Shown here piece by piece: positions 28,960-37,714 of a DNA stretch of 64,000 nt (positions within the stretch are counted from its first letter, which is position 1; each line of letters starts with the position of its first letter). The notes below the pieces were generated by a model. It saw nothing but the letters and a program-made list of their open reading frames with translations. It ran no database searches and was not told the DNA's origin. Source of the stretch: a virus. Position numbers and translations under genes: made by a program. The stretch spans positions 4,068 through 68,067 of IMG/VR virus record IMGVR_UViG_3300037258_000125; one strand, given 5' to 3'.

Positions 28960-30039
28960 TTAGAGTGGTATCTCATCGTCCATTTCGGACTTGATCTTGA
29001 CTGACTCTCGGAGCCGTGCGATAACGTACGTACGGTTCTCGTTGATGATCTCCCACGTCTTATCTCTGTCACCTGATGCGATTGCACTGATCAATGCAGC
29101 GATAAGGTTCTCCTTGGATATCTTCACCTTCGGATCAGGACGGAAAGACTTTAGGACCTCTTTAGCTTGTGAACCTGCTGATGGGAGCTCTGCGATAGTA
29201 TCCAGAAAGATCTTCGAGACGTCAGAGTACCCATGACTTCGAAGACCAATCTCTTGTTCGAAACGCTCTTTCGGAGCATTAACGAATCGTTTGATCTCTT
29301 CAGGGGACTCTGACAATCTGATTGCGTTCGCGATCATCATACGGATGTTGAACTCGCTCTTGACTGTACGATCTTCGGTTAGTTCGATCGTCTCAAGGAT
29401 ATTATAGGTGAGCTCCGACGGTTCCTTCAGGTCCATTACCCGGAGACCACGGTAGTAGATGTGGTTCGAAGGCCTATCGAAGATTTGGATCGGCTTTGTT
29501 GAGTCCTGATGCATTAGCGCATCTGGGAGAAAGGTCTTCTCCCGCTTGTAGAACTCCCGAACAAACTCTTCGCCCCAGACTTCAATCACTGTTTTAGTCG
29601 GATTCGGTGATCGTTTATCATCTGGAGAGTTGATTGGATATCCAGGGATATCTTCAACTACCCAAGCCTCACCGTTCTCGTCAAGAGTGTTTGAGTATAG
29701 CTCACGAAAAGCTTGCCAGAGCTCCCAATGCTTACCGAGATCAGTAGTGAAGGGGAGTTCTGTGGTCTTGTTGAACAGACCTCTTGAGCGCTTGAGGTCT
29801 ATGAACTCTTTCTCCTGTCCACGGAAATCAACCTTACGAGAAAGGAACTCGTACTTTGTCGTCCCGCGGTACATGACGACTTTCAGCTTGTGCCGAATAA
29901 GTATGGCGATTGCATACTTAAGTCCAGTACCGAAGACCCCAATCGGATGAGAGCTTTCAGGTTTCGCGTTGACACCGAACGCTGTGAAAGCTCTGATTGG
30001 GATTATCCCAGGTGTCTTGAATACGACTGCCTCTACCAT
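28960..30039 (-). CDS. GHKL/HATPase-like protein
   Basis: IGVFGTGLKYAIA, FRELYSNTLDE. Confidence 0.6.
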   Translation of the reverse strand: MVEAVVFKTPGIIPIRAFTAFGVNAKPESSHPIGVFGTGLKYAIAILIRHKLKVVMYRGTTKYEFLSRKVDFRGQEKEFIDLKRSRGLFNKTTELPFTTDLGKHWELWQAFRELYSNTLDENGEAWVVEDIPGYPINSPDDKRSPNPTKTVIEVWGEEFVREFYKREKTFLPDALMHQDSTKPIQIFDRPSNHIYYRGLRVMDLKEPSELTYNILETIELTEDRTVKSEFNIRMMIANAIRLSESPEEIKRFVNAPKERFEQEIGLRSHGYSDVSKIFLDTIAELPSAGSQAKEVLKSFRPDPKVKISKENLIAALISAIASGDRDKTWEIINENRTYVIARLRESVKIKSEMDDEIPL

Positions 30040-30394
30040 CAGTGACCTCCGTCCTTACCACTCAAGAGAGCTTCCATAAAGGTCGAAGTTATCTGCTGGT
30101 TGTGTTGATCAGTGAGCTCTGACGATGCAGCATCGAGTAACGATCCAATTAGAAGACCTCGCTGAGCATGAACAGGGATAGCTTTAAACCAAGGTTGCTT
30201 CGTCATTACCTCATTGACGTTATACATTGCGACGTGTACTAACACAGCTGTGCAATGAGCTTTGAGATCAACAAATGGTTGCTCCCTGCTCCTTTGGGTA
30301 ATCCTTTACCCATTCTTCGATCGCACGACCGATTCGACAATGGAAACACGTTCTCTCGTGTTCCTTACTGTCCTCACCAGGTTTTTGCTACCAT
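30039..30394 (-). pseudogene. Hypothetical gene broken by two apparent +1 homopolymer indels
   Basis: TAATG-coupled start at 30394; removing one base from each of two runs gives one ~117-aa ORF. Confidence 0.45.
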
Positions 30395-30636
30395 TAGTCG
30401 CCGCTTTGCGTGATGCTGACGACGGTACCCTTCTTGAGCGGTACAACTTCGCGGGTATATTCGAAGGTGTACGATTGCCCAGTAGTAAGAAGCACGGCTT
30501 TGCAGTTGGTGTCAATTTTCATGTAGACGTTGCCGTCTGCCATCGGGGCACAGCATTTGAACATCTGCCCCGGTTCGAGATTGTTGAGGCTGGTAGATTC
30601 GCTAGATCCGACAATGCTCACTTTGTTCTTCATCAT
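30394..30636 (-). CDS. Hypothetical protein
   Basis: 80 aa, RBS GGAGG. Confidence 0.7.
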   Translation of the reverse strand: MMKNKVSIVGSSESTSLNNLEPGQMFKCCAPMADGNVYMKIDTNCKAVLLTTGQSYTFEYTREVVPLKKGTVVSITQSGD

Positions 30637-30650
30637 AGTCCTCCAGGGTT

Positions 30651-30815
30651 AAGTTTCAGTACGCACGCAACAAACAAGATTACGGCCGTAACTCCGCATC
30701 AGCACAGAGTCGGTATTAGGGCGACAGCAGTTGTCCAATACCCTTTCTTCCTGCACGACGGCCAGGCGCATTGTCTACTGACGGACGATCAAGCACGCCA
30801 GTAGTGAAGCTCTTA
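30651..30815 (-). ncRNA. Candidate multi-stem structured RNA
   Basis: Stems CUACUGGCG/CGUCAGUAG, GGCCGU/ACGGCC, GGUAUUGG/CUAAUACC, GACUCUG/CGGAGUU. Confidence 0.6.
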
Positions 30816-30884
30816 CCTCCTTACACGCCGTATGAGAACGGCTACGAACAGACAGAAGAAGATGAACGTTAACGTATGATTCAT
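30813..30884 (-). CDS. 23-aa hydrophobic peptide with basic tail
   Basis: MNHTLTFIFFCLFVAVLIRRVRR (translated by hand). Confidence 0.45.
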   Translation of the reverse strand: MNHTLTFIFFCLFVAVLIRRVRR

Positions 30885-30892
30885 GAGCTCAA

Positions 30893-31213
30893 TCACAGCT
30901 GTCCATGCTCCGATGCAAGCGCCTTGGATAATGATTCCAAGATCGTGGCGAACTGTGTACTCAACTCTTTCATCCCTTCGAGAACGCTCACACGCGCCAT
31001 TCTCTGACGGTGATCGAAGTTCTTGTTCAGCTCATTCTGTAATGCCTTTCGGCCTTCCATACGGCCAGTATCCCCTGCGAGTAAACGAGCTACTCGGAGC
31101 TCTTCAACGTGCTTGGCACGTTCTTCGAGGATGACTTGTCTGAGAGATCCAAGGGTGGTTCGCTTGACCTTCTTGGCCTTTGATTTGCTCGTTGCTCTAT
31201 TCCTGTTGACCAT
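30893..31213 (-). CDS. Hypothetical basic/coiled-coil protein
   Basis: 106 aa, RBS GAAGGA; overlaps the HNH-like gene end. Confidence 0.6.
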   Translation of the reverse strand: MVNRNRATSKSKAKKVKRTTLGSLRQVILEERAKHVEELRVARLLAGDTGRMEGRKALQNELNKNFDHRQRMARVSVLEGMKELSTQFATILESLSKALASEHGQL

Positions 31214-31695
31214 TTTACTTGAATCCTTCCTTCAAAATACGGTTGGTATCCTTGATTGTTTTCGATACGATCGATTGTGTGACCCGGCGACGGTCGTGGG
31301 CCGACAAACTCGAGGAAACGGTCGAAACCTTTACCGTCAGGATTATTTTTGTGCCATTCTGCACAAACCTTGATTCCTCGGCCACCGTAGTCTTTGTAGC
31401 TAACATGATCTGGATCCTCTGTTCTCACGTGCATCATATGCCAGATGCGGTATTCCTGGTTGTAGATAGTCTTGATCGTCTTCTTTGAACATCCACAGTC
31501 TACCTTCGGATTCCCTTTCCGGAGTAGATAGTACTCTGGAATATCAAAGACAGAGTTGGGTCCTTTGCATTGACATTCAACATGCCATCTCTGTCTCATG
31601 TTGACTGCTGCCTTAGCATTATAGGGAAGCTTACGTCGTAGGATAAGCTTTCCCATAATTTGGCCAGTAGATAGTTTTGGCTTTGGTGGAGCCAC
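31090..31695 (-). CDS. HNH-like homing endonuclease family protein
   Basis: CQC, CGC, YRIW..M, YGGRGIKVCAEW, GPRPS..HTIDRIEN..GY. Confidence 0.8.
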   Translation of the reverse strand: MAPPKPKLSTGQIMGKLILRRKLPYNAKAAVNMRQRWHVECQCKGPNSVFDIPEYYLLRKGNPKVDCGCSKKTIKTIYNQEYRIWHMMHVRTEDPDHVSYKDYGGRGIKVCAEWHKNNPDGKGFDRFLEFVGPRPSPGHTIDRIENNQGYQPYFEGRIQVKWSTGIEQRANQRPRRSSEPPLDLSDKSSSKNVPSTLKSSE

Positions 31696-32147
31696 TAGTA
31701 TGACCTCTTCTGGATCGGCATATCTTTGAGCTCTTGCTCTGTGAGATCCTTGATATTGATAACCTTAAATTGTTCCCATTCACCTACGTGAATGAACCAA
31801 GCAAGAATAATTGGTTGTCTCCTGATCGCGAAGAGCGCGTATCGATGATGCCCATCTACTAGATATCCATCAGGTCTACCATTGGTAAAGTTACCATCTA
31901 GGCAGAAGATGACGGGATCAAGATCTGTTCGATGCCAGAGTTCTAACAACCGATCTTTACTAATGGCATTGTTTTTCACAAAGCTCTTTGCGAGAACCCG
32001 ATCGACTGGTGTGCGAACTGCTTCGCGATTTGTCTTGAGACACCACTTACGAAGGGCTCCGCTATCAACATGTACGTTTGTGCCATCTTTACCGACAAAC
32101 GTATAGATCGGATAGCCCGCAGGTAACTTTGATCCATCAATTGCCAT
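31695..32147 (-). CDS. ParB/Srx-like domain protein
   Basis: DPVIF...LVDGHHRY; start set at MAIDG. Confidence 0.65.
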   Translation of the reverse strand: MAIDGSKLPAGYPIYTFVGKDGTNVHVDSGALRKWCLKTNREAVRTPVDRVLAKSFVKNNAISKDRLLELWHRTDLDPVIFCLDGNFTNGRPDGYLVDGHHRYALFAIRRQPIILAWFIHVGEWEQFKVINIKDLTEQELKDMPIQKRSY

Positions 32148-32309
32148 GAGGTTTACCCCATTTAGAATCGGGATCATATTCTGGTTCAGGTGTGATATCG
32201 ATTGGCTGTGACTTCAATTGAGCAGCCAACATCATAGCTCTACCCTGAATTCGGGGAGCTACGGAGGGATTCGTTGCAATGTGCATAAGTAGTTCTAGGA
32301 TAGTATCCA

Positions 32310-32705
32310 CTACTTGATCACCTCATGATTTACAGGTGTAAGTATCCCACCTCTAACAAGTGCAAGTATGTAATTGTCAATTCGACACTTCTCAATACGT
32401 TGCTGTGCAACTGCATGAGGTCCGAGTGTTTGAGCTGTGACAAGATCATTGTATCGAACTTCGAGCCTTGCAAGTTTGACTCGAGTTGATTGTCCCATCA
32501 TGGACACACGAAACTTTTGCCAAGACTCTGCATCGATTGCGTTATATACACAATCCTTGATGAATCCGATATCCCATGAATCGATACCGTACTCCCAACA
32601 CCTTATGAGACTTGCACGTTTGCGCAGAGCAATATCTTCATCTTCGTCCTTACGACGAAGATGAGCGAATTTACGTGCGTACTCTTTGAAAGGTTTGATC
32701 GCCAC
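32310..32705 (-). CDS. Hypothetical protein downstream of the rod-shaped RNA (131 aa)
   Basis: GTG start with AGGA RBS; WQKFRVSMMGQST..KL, IDNYILALVRGG. Confidence 0.7.
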   Translation of the reverse strand: MAIKPFKEYARKFAHLRRKDEDEDIALRKRASLIRCWEYGIDSWDIGFIKDCVYNAIDAESWQKFRVSMMGQSTRVKLARLEVRYNDLVTAQTLGPHAVAQQRIEKCRIDNYILALVRGGILTPVNHEVIK

Positions 32706-32726
32706 TTGGAGTCCTGATCGTCTTGT

Positions 32727-32950
32727 AGAAGTCGTGCAGTACGCAGAAATCAGCTGCACTTCTTCGTCGTAATTGGGTTTCGTCTACCCTCGAAACGTTC
32801 GAACCGAGTCGCTTTGCTCTTTCGCTGTCATTCGGCCTGTGTTTACCAGAGGCACCTAGGTGCGAGGTTTCAGAGTCGCCGAACAGACTAAAGAGGTTCG
32901 CTCGTGTAACAGATCCGAGAGTAGACGAAACCCAATCTTTCGATTGTACC
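32727..32950 (-). ncRNA. Candidate rod-shaped ncRNA or long structured leader
   Basis: 21-bp closing stem (32916-32936 with 32772-32792), nested helices, second 3' hairpin, promoter directly upstream. Confidence 0.75.
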
Positions 32951-32953
32951 TAA

Positions 32954-33000
32954 ATTATAACACAAAGCTTAGATGGTCATCAAGAGTCCAAATTATGGTC
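32954..33000 (-). promoter_or_regulatory. sigma70-like promoter with GACY boxes
   Basis: GACCATAATTTGGACTC-TTGATG-N18-TATAAT. Confidence 0.8.
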
Positions 33001-33505
33001 AAATGGTCTTAGCGTCTTTGTGGAACAATAGCCAATGTGCTCCGTGTCTAATAGCGTCACGGGCATGAACGAGTCCAGGAAGGTAAAGATCCCAGAGCTT
33101 CAACTTAGCATCTGTTGCAAATCCTTTACCGATCTGAGCAGTCTGTTCATCGTTTGGGATGTCTCTAAGAATACAATGCGTTCTAAGGCACCCGATGATT
33201 TGAATAGTTGGTACGCGAGAGAAAGTATGTTCCTCCAGCTTCCACTTGTACACATGATAAGCTTCATAGACCACGAAGTTTGGTCTATAGGTATCCATCA
33301 AGTCCCTGAATGCAAACACAGCATTCTTTAAGGGCCATGTTGATTGTTGCCCTGCAAAGATAAGTTGGGCACCCACGATAGTATAATCGTATACAGCAAT
33401 ACCAGTTGTTTCCCCTGGATCTATACATAGAAGCCTGCCGGAAAAGGCATGACGCTTCTGTGAATGAATTAGTTTGCTAAGCGCGGGGAGTTGCAAGGGG
33501 AACAT
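32999..33505 (-). CDS. RuvC-like Holliday junction resolvase
   Basis: LCIDPGETTG, VVYE, HARDAIRH. Confidence 0.8.
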   Translation of the reverse strand: MFPLQLPALSKLIHSQKRHAFSGRLLCIDPGETTGIAVYDYTIVGAQLIFAGQQSTWPLKNAVFAFRDLMDTYRPNFVVYEAYHVYKWKLEEHTFSRVPTIQIIGCLRTHCILRDIPNDEQTAQIGKGFATDAKLKLWDLYLPGLVHARDAIRHGAHWLLFHKDAKTI

Positions 33506-33719
33506 AGATGTGCACCGCTGATGGTAATTCGTCCGCCCAGACTTGTAACCGCCCTAAACCGCTCCCTAAGACGATACCAGAAGATGAAAGGACAACACGG
33601 TTAAGGTTCTCATACGGTATGAGATGAGGTCTGTTGATCTCCCAGTGGAGCGTGAATGAGTACCTGAAACCTTCAGGGGCATCTGGATGAGCATTCGATT
33701 GGGTTTCAGTTGCGACCAT
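33477..33719 (-). CDS. Hypothetical protein
   Basis: 80 aa, RBS GAGGA. Confidence 0.6.
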   Translation of the reverse strand: MVATETQSNAHPDAPEGFRYSFTLHWEINRPHLIPYENLNRVVLSSSGIVLGSGLGRLQVWADELPSAVHIYVPLATPRA

Positions 33720-33735
33720 GTCCTCACCTAGTTAG

Positions 33736-33771
33736 AAAAATCCCTCCTGCAGGGGTACCACAGGAGGGATT
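33736..33771 (-). terminator. Intrinsic terminator
   Basis: AATCCCTCCTG...CAGGAGGGATT then a T run on the minus strand. Confidence 0.75.
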
Positions 33772-33803
33772 GAGCCCTAAACTCTGAACTTACGTAAAGA
33801 GTC

Positions 33804-34160
33804 TTAGGCCTGCTCACCAGCTTCGGCAGGCGCCGGCTTCGCAGGACCACCTTCGAGATCCTTGGTCGCAGCGAACACGATCTGGTACGTGACCTTCTTC
33901 GTGTTGCCTTGCAGACCCTGCAAGCGCGTGCATTCCTTGGCGATCGGACCGCGGCCCATCTTGTTGTTCTGCCACAGTTCGCGGATGAGGTCGATACGCT
34001 TCACCTGCGTACCATCGCGACCCGGATAGTGTTGGTCGAGGGTAATCAGAATGTGGCGATCGTCCGAAGCATTCGCAGTCGGCGGAGCAGCAGGCGGATT
34101 CGCGGCAGCAGTTGCAGTCCCAGTGTTGGGCGAAGCGCCCTCTTTGTCGTGCTTGGCCAT
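33804..34160 (-). CDS. HTH-like DNA-binding protein (IR..RGxIAK..YQ family, paralog 1)
   Basis: RIDLIRELW...MGRGPIAKE...VTYQIV; RBS GGGAGG; flanked by promoter and terminator. Confidence 0.7.
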   Translation of the reverse strand: MAKHDKEGASPNTGTATAAANPPAAPPTANASDDRHILITLDQHYPGRDGTQVKRIDLIRELWQNNKMGRGPIAKECTRLQGLQGNTKKVTYQIVFAATKDLEGGPAKPAPAEAGEQA

Positions 34161-34238
34161 GGTGGCCTCCCGTGTTGTGATGTTCCAGCGGAAAGATGGG
34201 TTACATCGGATTGAATCTAAGATTCACTCTACCCACAG

Positions 34239-34295
34239 ATTATATATGGGGTTCTTAGTGGCAATCAACAACTTTATGATGGTCAAATTCTGGTA
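34239..34295 (-). promoter_or_regulatory. sigma70-like promoter with GACC boxes
   Basis: TACCAGAATTTGACCATCATAAAGTTG-TTGATT-N18-TATAAT. Confidence 0.7.
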
Positions 34296-34298
34296 GAC

Positions 34299-36692
34299 CT
34301 AACCTTTCCTGGCAATACTATTCTGTCGTGCCATGATGGAATAGTGCATTCGGTTGTTGACCTTTCTAAGCTCGGTAATACCAGTAAGGGATCTGACCAA
34401 CGCTTTATTAGTCATAAGATAACGCCCCAACTTTCTGGTATTAGTTAACATATCGCACTTATCGAACTCATCCTCACCAAGTGCCCAACCTGAAATCTCC
34501 GAGGCGCCAAAGCTATTCGGGATATGTTGCTTGGGTTGGGTTGCAAAGCTAATGAGCCCTTCAAGTACCCAATCGTTCTCTGATACGACACGATTGGTCA
34601 TATTCGATAGATAGTCCACAACCCAATCAGGCTTAATCCCGAACACTTTGGCCATTGTCATCATGGCCTGTTCGAAATGAATGAGCCTATATTTAGCTGT
34701 GTACCTCGGCTGCCAGTCCTTTCGTACCTGCTGAAAGAACCGTTGGAGTACAAGGAAATGGTGAGCAAGCCAAGCTTCACGACCACCATGTCTCTTGAGC
34801 TGTTGGCTCTTCCATTCTGAATTGTACGTTATGTTCCCGTCCGCTGTGGACTTGTCAAATTCGAGTACCATCGACCGTTGTAACAAGTCAGCGTTTTGAA
34901 AGGGCTGTCTAATAGCTGTAATAGCAAAGACAGCTCTAACTGGGAATCGTATAAGGTCGGCATTTGTGTAGTACTTACGCTGCTCAATAGTCGGTGAGGG
35001 TTCAGTGACGAGACGACAGATCTCGTCGGATAACCGCTGCCGAAGCTGGTGGTCGATGAGTTGTACGTTGTCCGTAACATGAAGACCTCCCGTGTTAGCT
35101 ACAGAGGCGTGCCAATCTTTAAGATCAGCAGGAGCGTTACGAAGATGAGCAGTACCTGTGAGAATCGATAGGCGAAGCTCTTGTAAGGTTGATTTGCCCG
35201 ATCCAGACTCTCCCACAATAAGTTCGACTGGCAACTGCATACCACGCCATCGGTGCAAGAATGGAGACATGTAATACAGTAGAGAGGTTGCGATACGCTG
35301 TCTCTCTTGATCATGGAGCCTCACTTCCGATAGGGTATCACCCCACCAATTAGGCATACGGTGCCCGTCCTCGTCTAGCTCGCGGAGGTACTCTAGTAGT
35401 AGTGGTTCATTGATAGGCTCAACTTGACCTGCTTCGAACAGAATGCCACCGACACCATTATTCCATACCTTAATCGAATCCGCTGATACCGAGACGAATC
35501 GCGAATCCGAGATTTGAAGGAACACTACATCTTTAGGATCTTCTGGTCGAGCAAAGATCTTATAAGGAGTGACATTGTCGATGGGGGGCTCTGAAGAGAA
35601 TTGAGTGCCAATCCAGATAAGGGCTTTTTGATCGACGGCTGAGAGCCCATAGTGTTGGTATAGAAATTGGGAGAATGGCACCTCAAATCCAACGTTAGCT
35701 CCAACTGAGAATGTAGCTTGGAACAGTTTTTTAGTGACAGCGTCGAAGTAATAGACAAGTCCAGAGTCAGATCTAAATCGAGCTCCGTTTGTGTCGAGAT
35801 CGGATAAGATGGCCATTGCGACATTCATATGCTCCTTGCGGGTGAGCTTGCTCCGCTGAAGGCGTGAAGCAACAAATTCCCGAATGTTAGGATGCTTGGG
35901 GAAAGCTGATCGAAGGGCTATGAGCTTATTGATGAGCGAGAGCGTCTTATTGAGCCCTTCATGTTTTAGGAAATCGTCCAGAGCAACCTTTTGCTTGGTA
36001 TAGGACGATTTTGCAATCTGCGGTAGGATGAGCTGCCTAATATGATCAAAGGCGATTCCTTTGAACCGGAGCTCAAATCCCAACGTTGCTGCAGCTCGTT
36101 GAACGGAGGATTTAGTACCTCCTGCTTCATCAGAGTCATAACAGATAATGATCTGTTTCTTGTGCAATAGGCAAAGGTCGAAGAACTCTTGCATACCTAT
36201 TGCTAGGTTGGATGCGATATCTTCCGACGACTGCTGTGTTGATGGGAGCTTCGCCTGAACAGTATCTCCCTTGCCTACCGTAAGTGAAGTCTCCTTTGGC
36301 AGAGTAACAATACGATTACGCCAACTATCAACACCACCAAGGCCAATACACGGAATACCTTGTTTACACGCTGCCGCCGCTTTCTTTTCGCCCTCCGTAA
36401 TGAGGACGTATGGCTTGAGGTCAAATACCTTTCTGAAGTCCTTCGGGAAGTAAACATGATTAGGGGTATCCTTAACCTGTTGATACTTCGGTGTATGATC
36501 GAAGAGCTTGACACGATAGAAAGGGAGTGGTCTACCCAAGTGATTGAAGTACGGGATGACGTACCCGTTCAGATGGAAATTGATCGAAGCAGCAGCTCGC
36601 TCACTAGGATCTAATATCCTAGCCTGAAGGTCGTCAGGGACAAGTCCTGATGACGCTAGATCATCATACATCAACTGACTTGGATCTGACAT
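34299..36692 (-). CDS. Primase (DUF3854/TOPRIM-like) fused to a P-loop ATPase/helicase
   Basis: LITEGEKKA, IGLGGV, ICYDSD, ALDDFL, GESGSGKST. Confidence 0.85.
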   Translation of the reverse strand: MSDPSQLMYDDLASSGLVPDDLQARILDPSERAAASINFHLNGYVIPYFNHLGRPLPFYRVKLFDHTPKYQQVKDTPNHVYFPKDFRKVFDLKPYVLITEGEKKAAAACKQGIPCIGLGGVDSWRNRIVTLPKETSLTVGKGDTVQAKLPSTQQSSEDIASNLAIGMQEFFDLCLLHKKQIIICYDSDEAGGTKSSVQRAAATLGFELRFKGIAFDHIRQLILPQIAKSSYTKQKVALDDFLKHEGLNKTLSLINKLIALRSAFPKHPNIREFVASRLQRSKLTRKEHMNVAMAILSDLDTNGARFRSDSGLVYYFDAVTKKLFQATFSVGANVGFEVPFSQFLYQHYGLSAVDQKALIWIGTQFSSEPPIDNVTPYKIFARPEDPKDVVFLQISDSRFVSVSADSIKVWNNGVGGILFEAGQVEPINEPLLLEYLRELDEDGHRMPNWWGDTLSEVRLHDQERQRIATSLLYYMSPFLHRWRGMQLPVELIVGESGSGKSTLQELRLSILTGTAHLRNAPADLKDWHASVANTGGLHVTDNVQLIDHQLRQRLSDEICRLVTEPSPTIEQRKYYTNADLIRFPVRAVFAITAIRQPFQNADLLQRSMVLEFDKSTADGNITYNSEWKSQQLKRHGGREAWLAHHFLVLQRFFQQVRKDWQPRYTAKYRLIHFEQAMMTMAKVFGIKPDWVVDYLSNMTNRVVSENDWVLEGLISFATQPKQHIPNSFGASEISGWALGEDEFDKCDMLTNTRKLGRYLMTNKALVRSLTGITELRKVNNRMHYSIMARQNSIARKG

Positions 36693-36970
36693 CAGGCTGC
36701 TTTTTGTACCAGAGAGATGATGGTGTGAACGGTATTTCGTCCACTCGGGAGTTGAGCATGCTGTTGAACTTGATCAACGATACCCTGTTCAACAAGCTCT
36801 GCGAGTATCGGACGCCAAACGTTTGGTGCAACATTTGGACCAATCGCAGCTTGCAGCATCCCCGGGCTGATCTTCGGATAGACGGTCAGGAAGTGAATGA
36901 TCTTTTCCCGGACGTCTTTCACATACTCTTCAGCAGCCAATTGAGCTGTGTCGTGGTTGGTCTCGTTCAT
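36692..36970 (-). CDS. Winged-helix-like protein
   Basis: REKIIHFL..YPKISPGML...LAELVEQGIV. Confidence 0.55.
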   Translation of the reverse strand: MNETNHDTAQLAAEEYVKDVREKIIHFLTVYPKISPGMLQAAIGPNVAPNVWRPILAELVEQGIVDQVQQHAQLPSGRNTVHTIISLVQKAA

Positions 36971-37299
36971 GATACGCTTATCTCCTTTTGAACTGCCAGG
37001 ACAATTTCGTCCAGGTCTATCCTGTACTTTGAAGGAATATGCTTAAGCAATTGACGCTTCGTTCCGTAAGCTTGTTTCTCCCCAATCGCGAAGCCGTGTT
37101 CTTGGAACTCTGACTTGTTCGGACGAATAACTTTGACGATCCAAGCATGTGTGAGGATCGCCGTGTATTTCGTAGAACCTAACGCTCCTGGACGATAGGC
37201 TCTTGAGTCTACGACGGTACCATCAGAGAACGTTGCCTGATAGACTATCGCTGCTGGTTCGGGTGTATCCTGATCTGTTGATCCGGATGTCCGTTGCAT
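36967..37299 (-). CDS. Hypothetical protein (start uncertain)
   Basis: ORF whose stop is coupled to the next gene. Confidence 0.5.
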   Translation of the reverse strand: MQRTSGSTDQDTPEPAAIVYQATFSDGTVVDSRAYRPGALGSTKYTAILTHAWIVKVIRPNKSEFQEHGFAIGEKQAYGTKRQLLKHIPSKYRIDLDEIVLAVQKEISVS

Positions 37300-37538
37300 C
37301 CTGCCGTTTCCCACCGCAGATATGCCTTTCGATCGTGGACGGGCGCTTCGCCTTCGAAGGGTATCACTAAGTGACATATCCCATGCTGGATCCAATTGCA
37401 TGCGTCGTATCCTCCACAGATCTTTCTAGCTTGTGATAGTGGTACGTAGCTCTCTTGGACCTTCCCATGATAAGGATGATCATAAAACGCTTGAGGAGTA
37501 GCAACAGCAATCTGTAACGCTACGACTGCCCACCTCAT
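37245..37538 (-). CDS. Putative exported Cys-containing protein
   Basis: Signal-peptide-like N-terminus, four Cys. Confidence 0.55.
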   Translation of the reverse strand: MRWAVVALQIAVATPQAFYDHPYHGKVQESYVPLSQARKICGGYDACNWIQHGICHLVIPFEGEAPVHDRKAYLRWETAGCNGHPDQQIRIHPNQQR

Positions 37539-37714
37539 TAGAAGTCTCGATCCTCCACACGGCCACAGCTATCTCGGTAGAAACGAAGCTCTAACAACTC
37601 CTTGAGCAAATCTTCTGCGAGACACTGTGTATCCCTGTTTAAGTACAGCATGTAAAGTATCCCCTTCCTTGTAGGGAATAAAACATGATCCTGCGGGACT
37701 TCCGAAATACTCAT
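37538..37714 (-). CDS. Small hypothetical protein (58 aa)
   Basis: MSISEVPQDH...; ATGA and TAATG coupling; translated by hand. Confidence 0.5.
   Translation of the reverse strand: MSISEVPQDHVLFPTRKGILYMLYLNRDTQCLAEDLLKELLELRFYRDSCGRVEDRDF

Noticed and set aside
30262-30804. 180-aa plus-strand ORF
   Set aside because: Antisense to coupled minus-strand genes; TTG start without RBS; no motif
32772-32936. GTTTC...GAAAC as a CRISPR repeat, or the inverted repeat as retron a1/a2
   Set aside because: Single inverted pair with no repeat-spacer array; no cas operon or reverse transcriptase in the window
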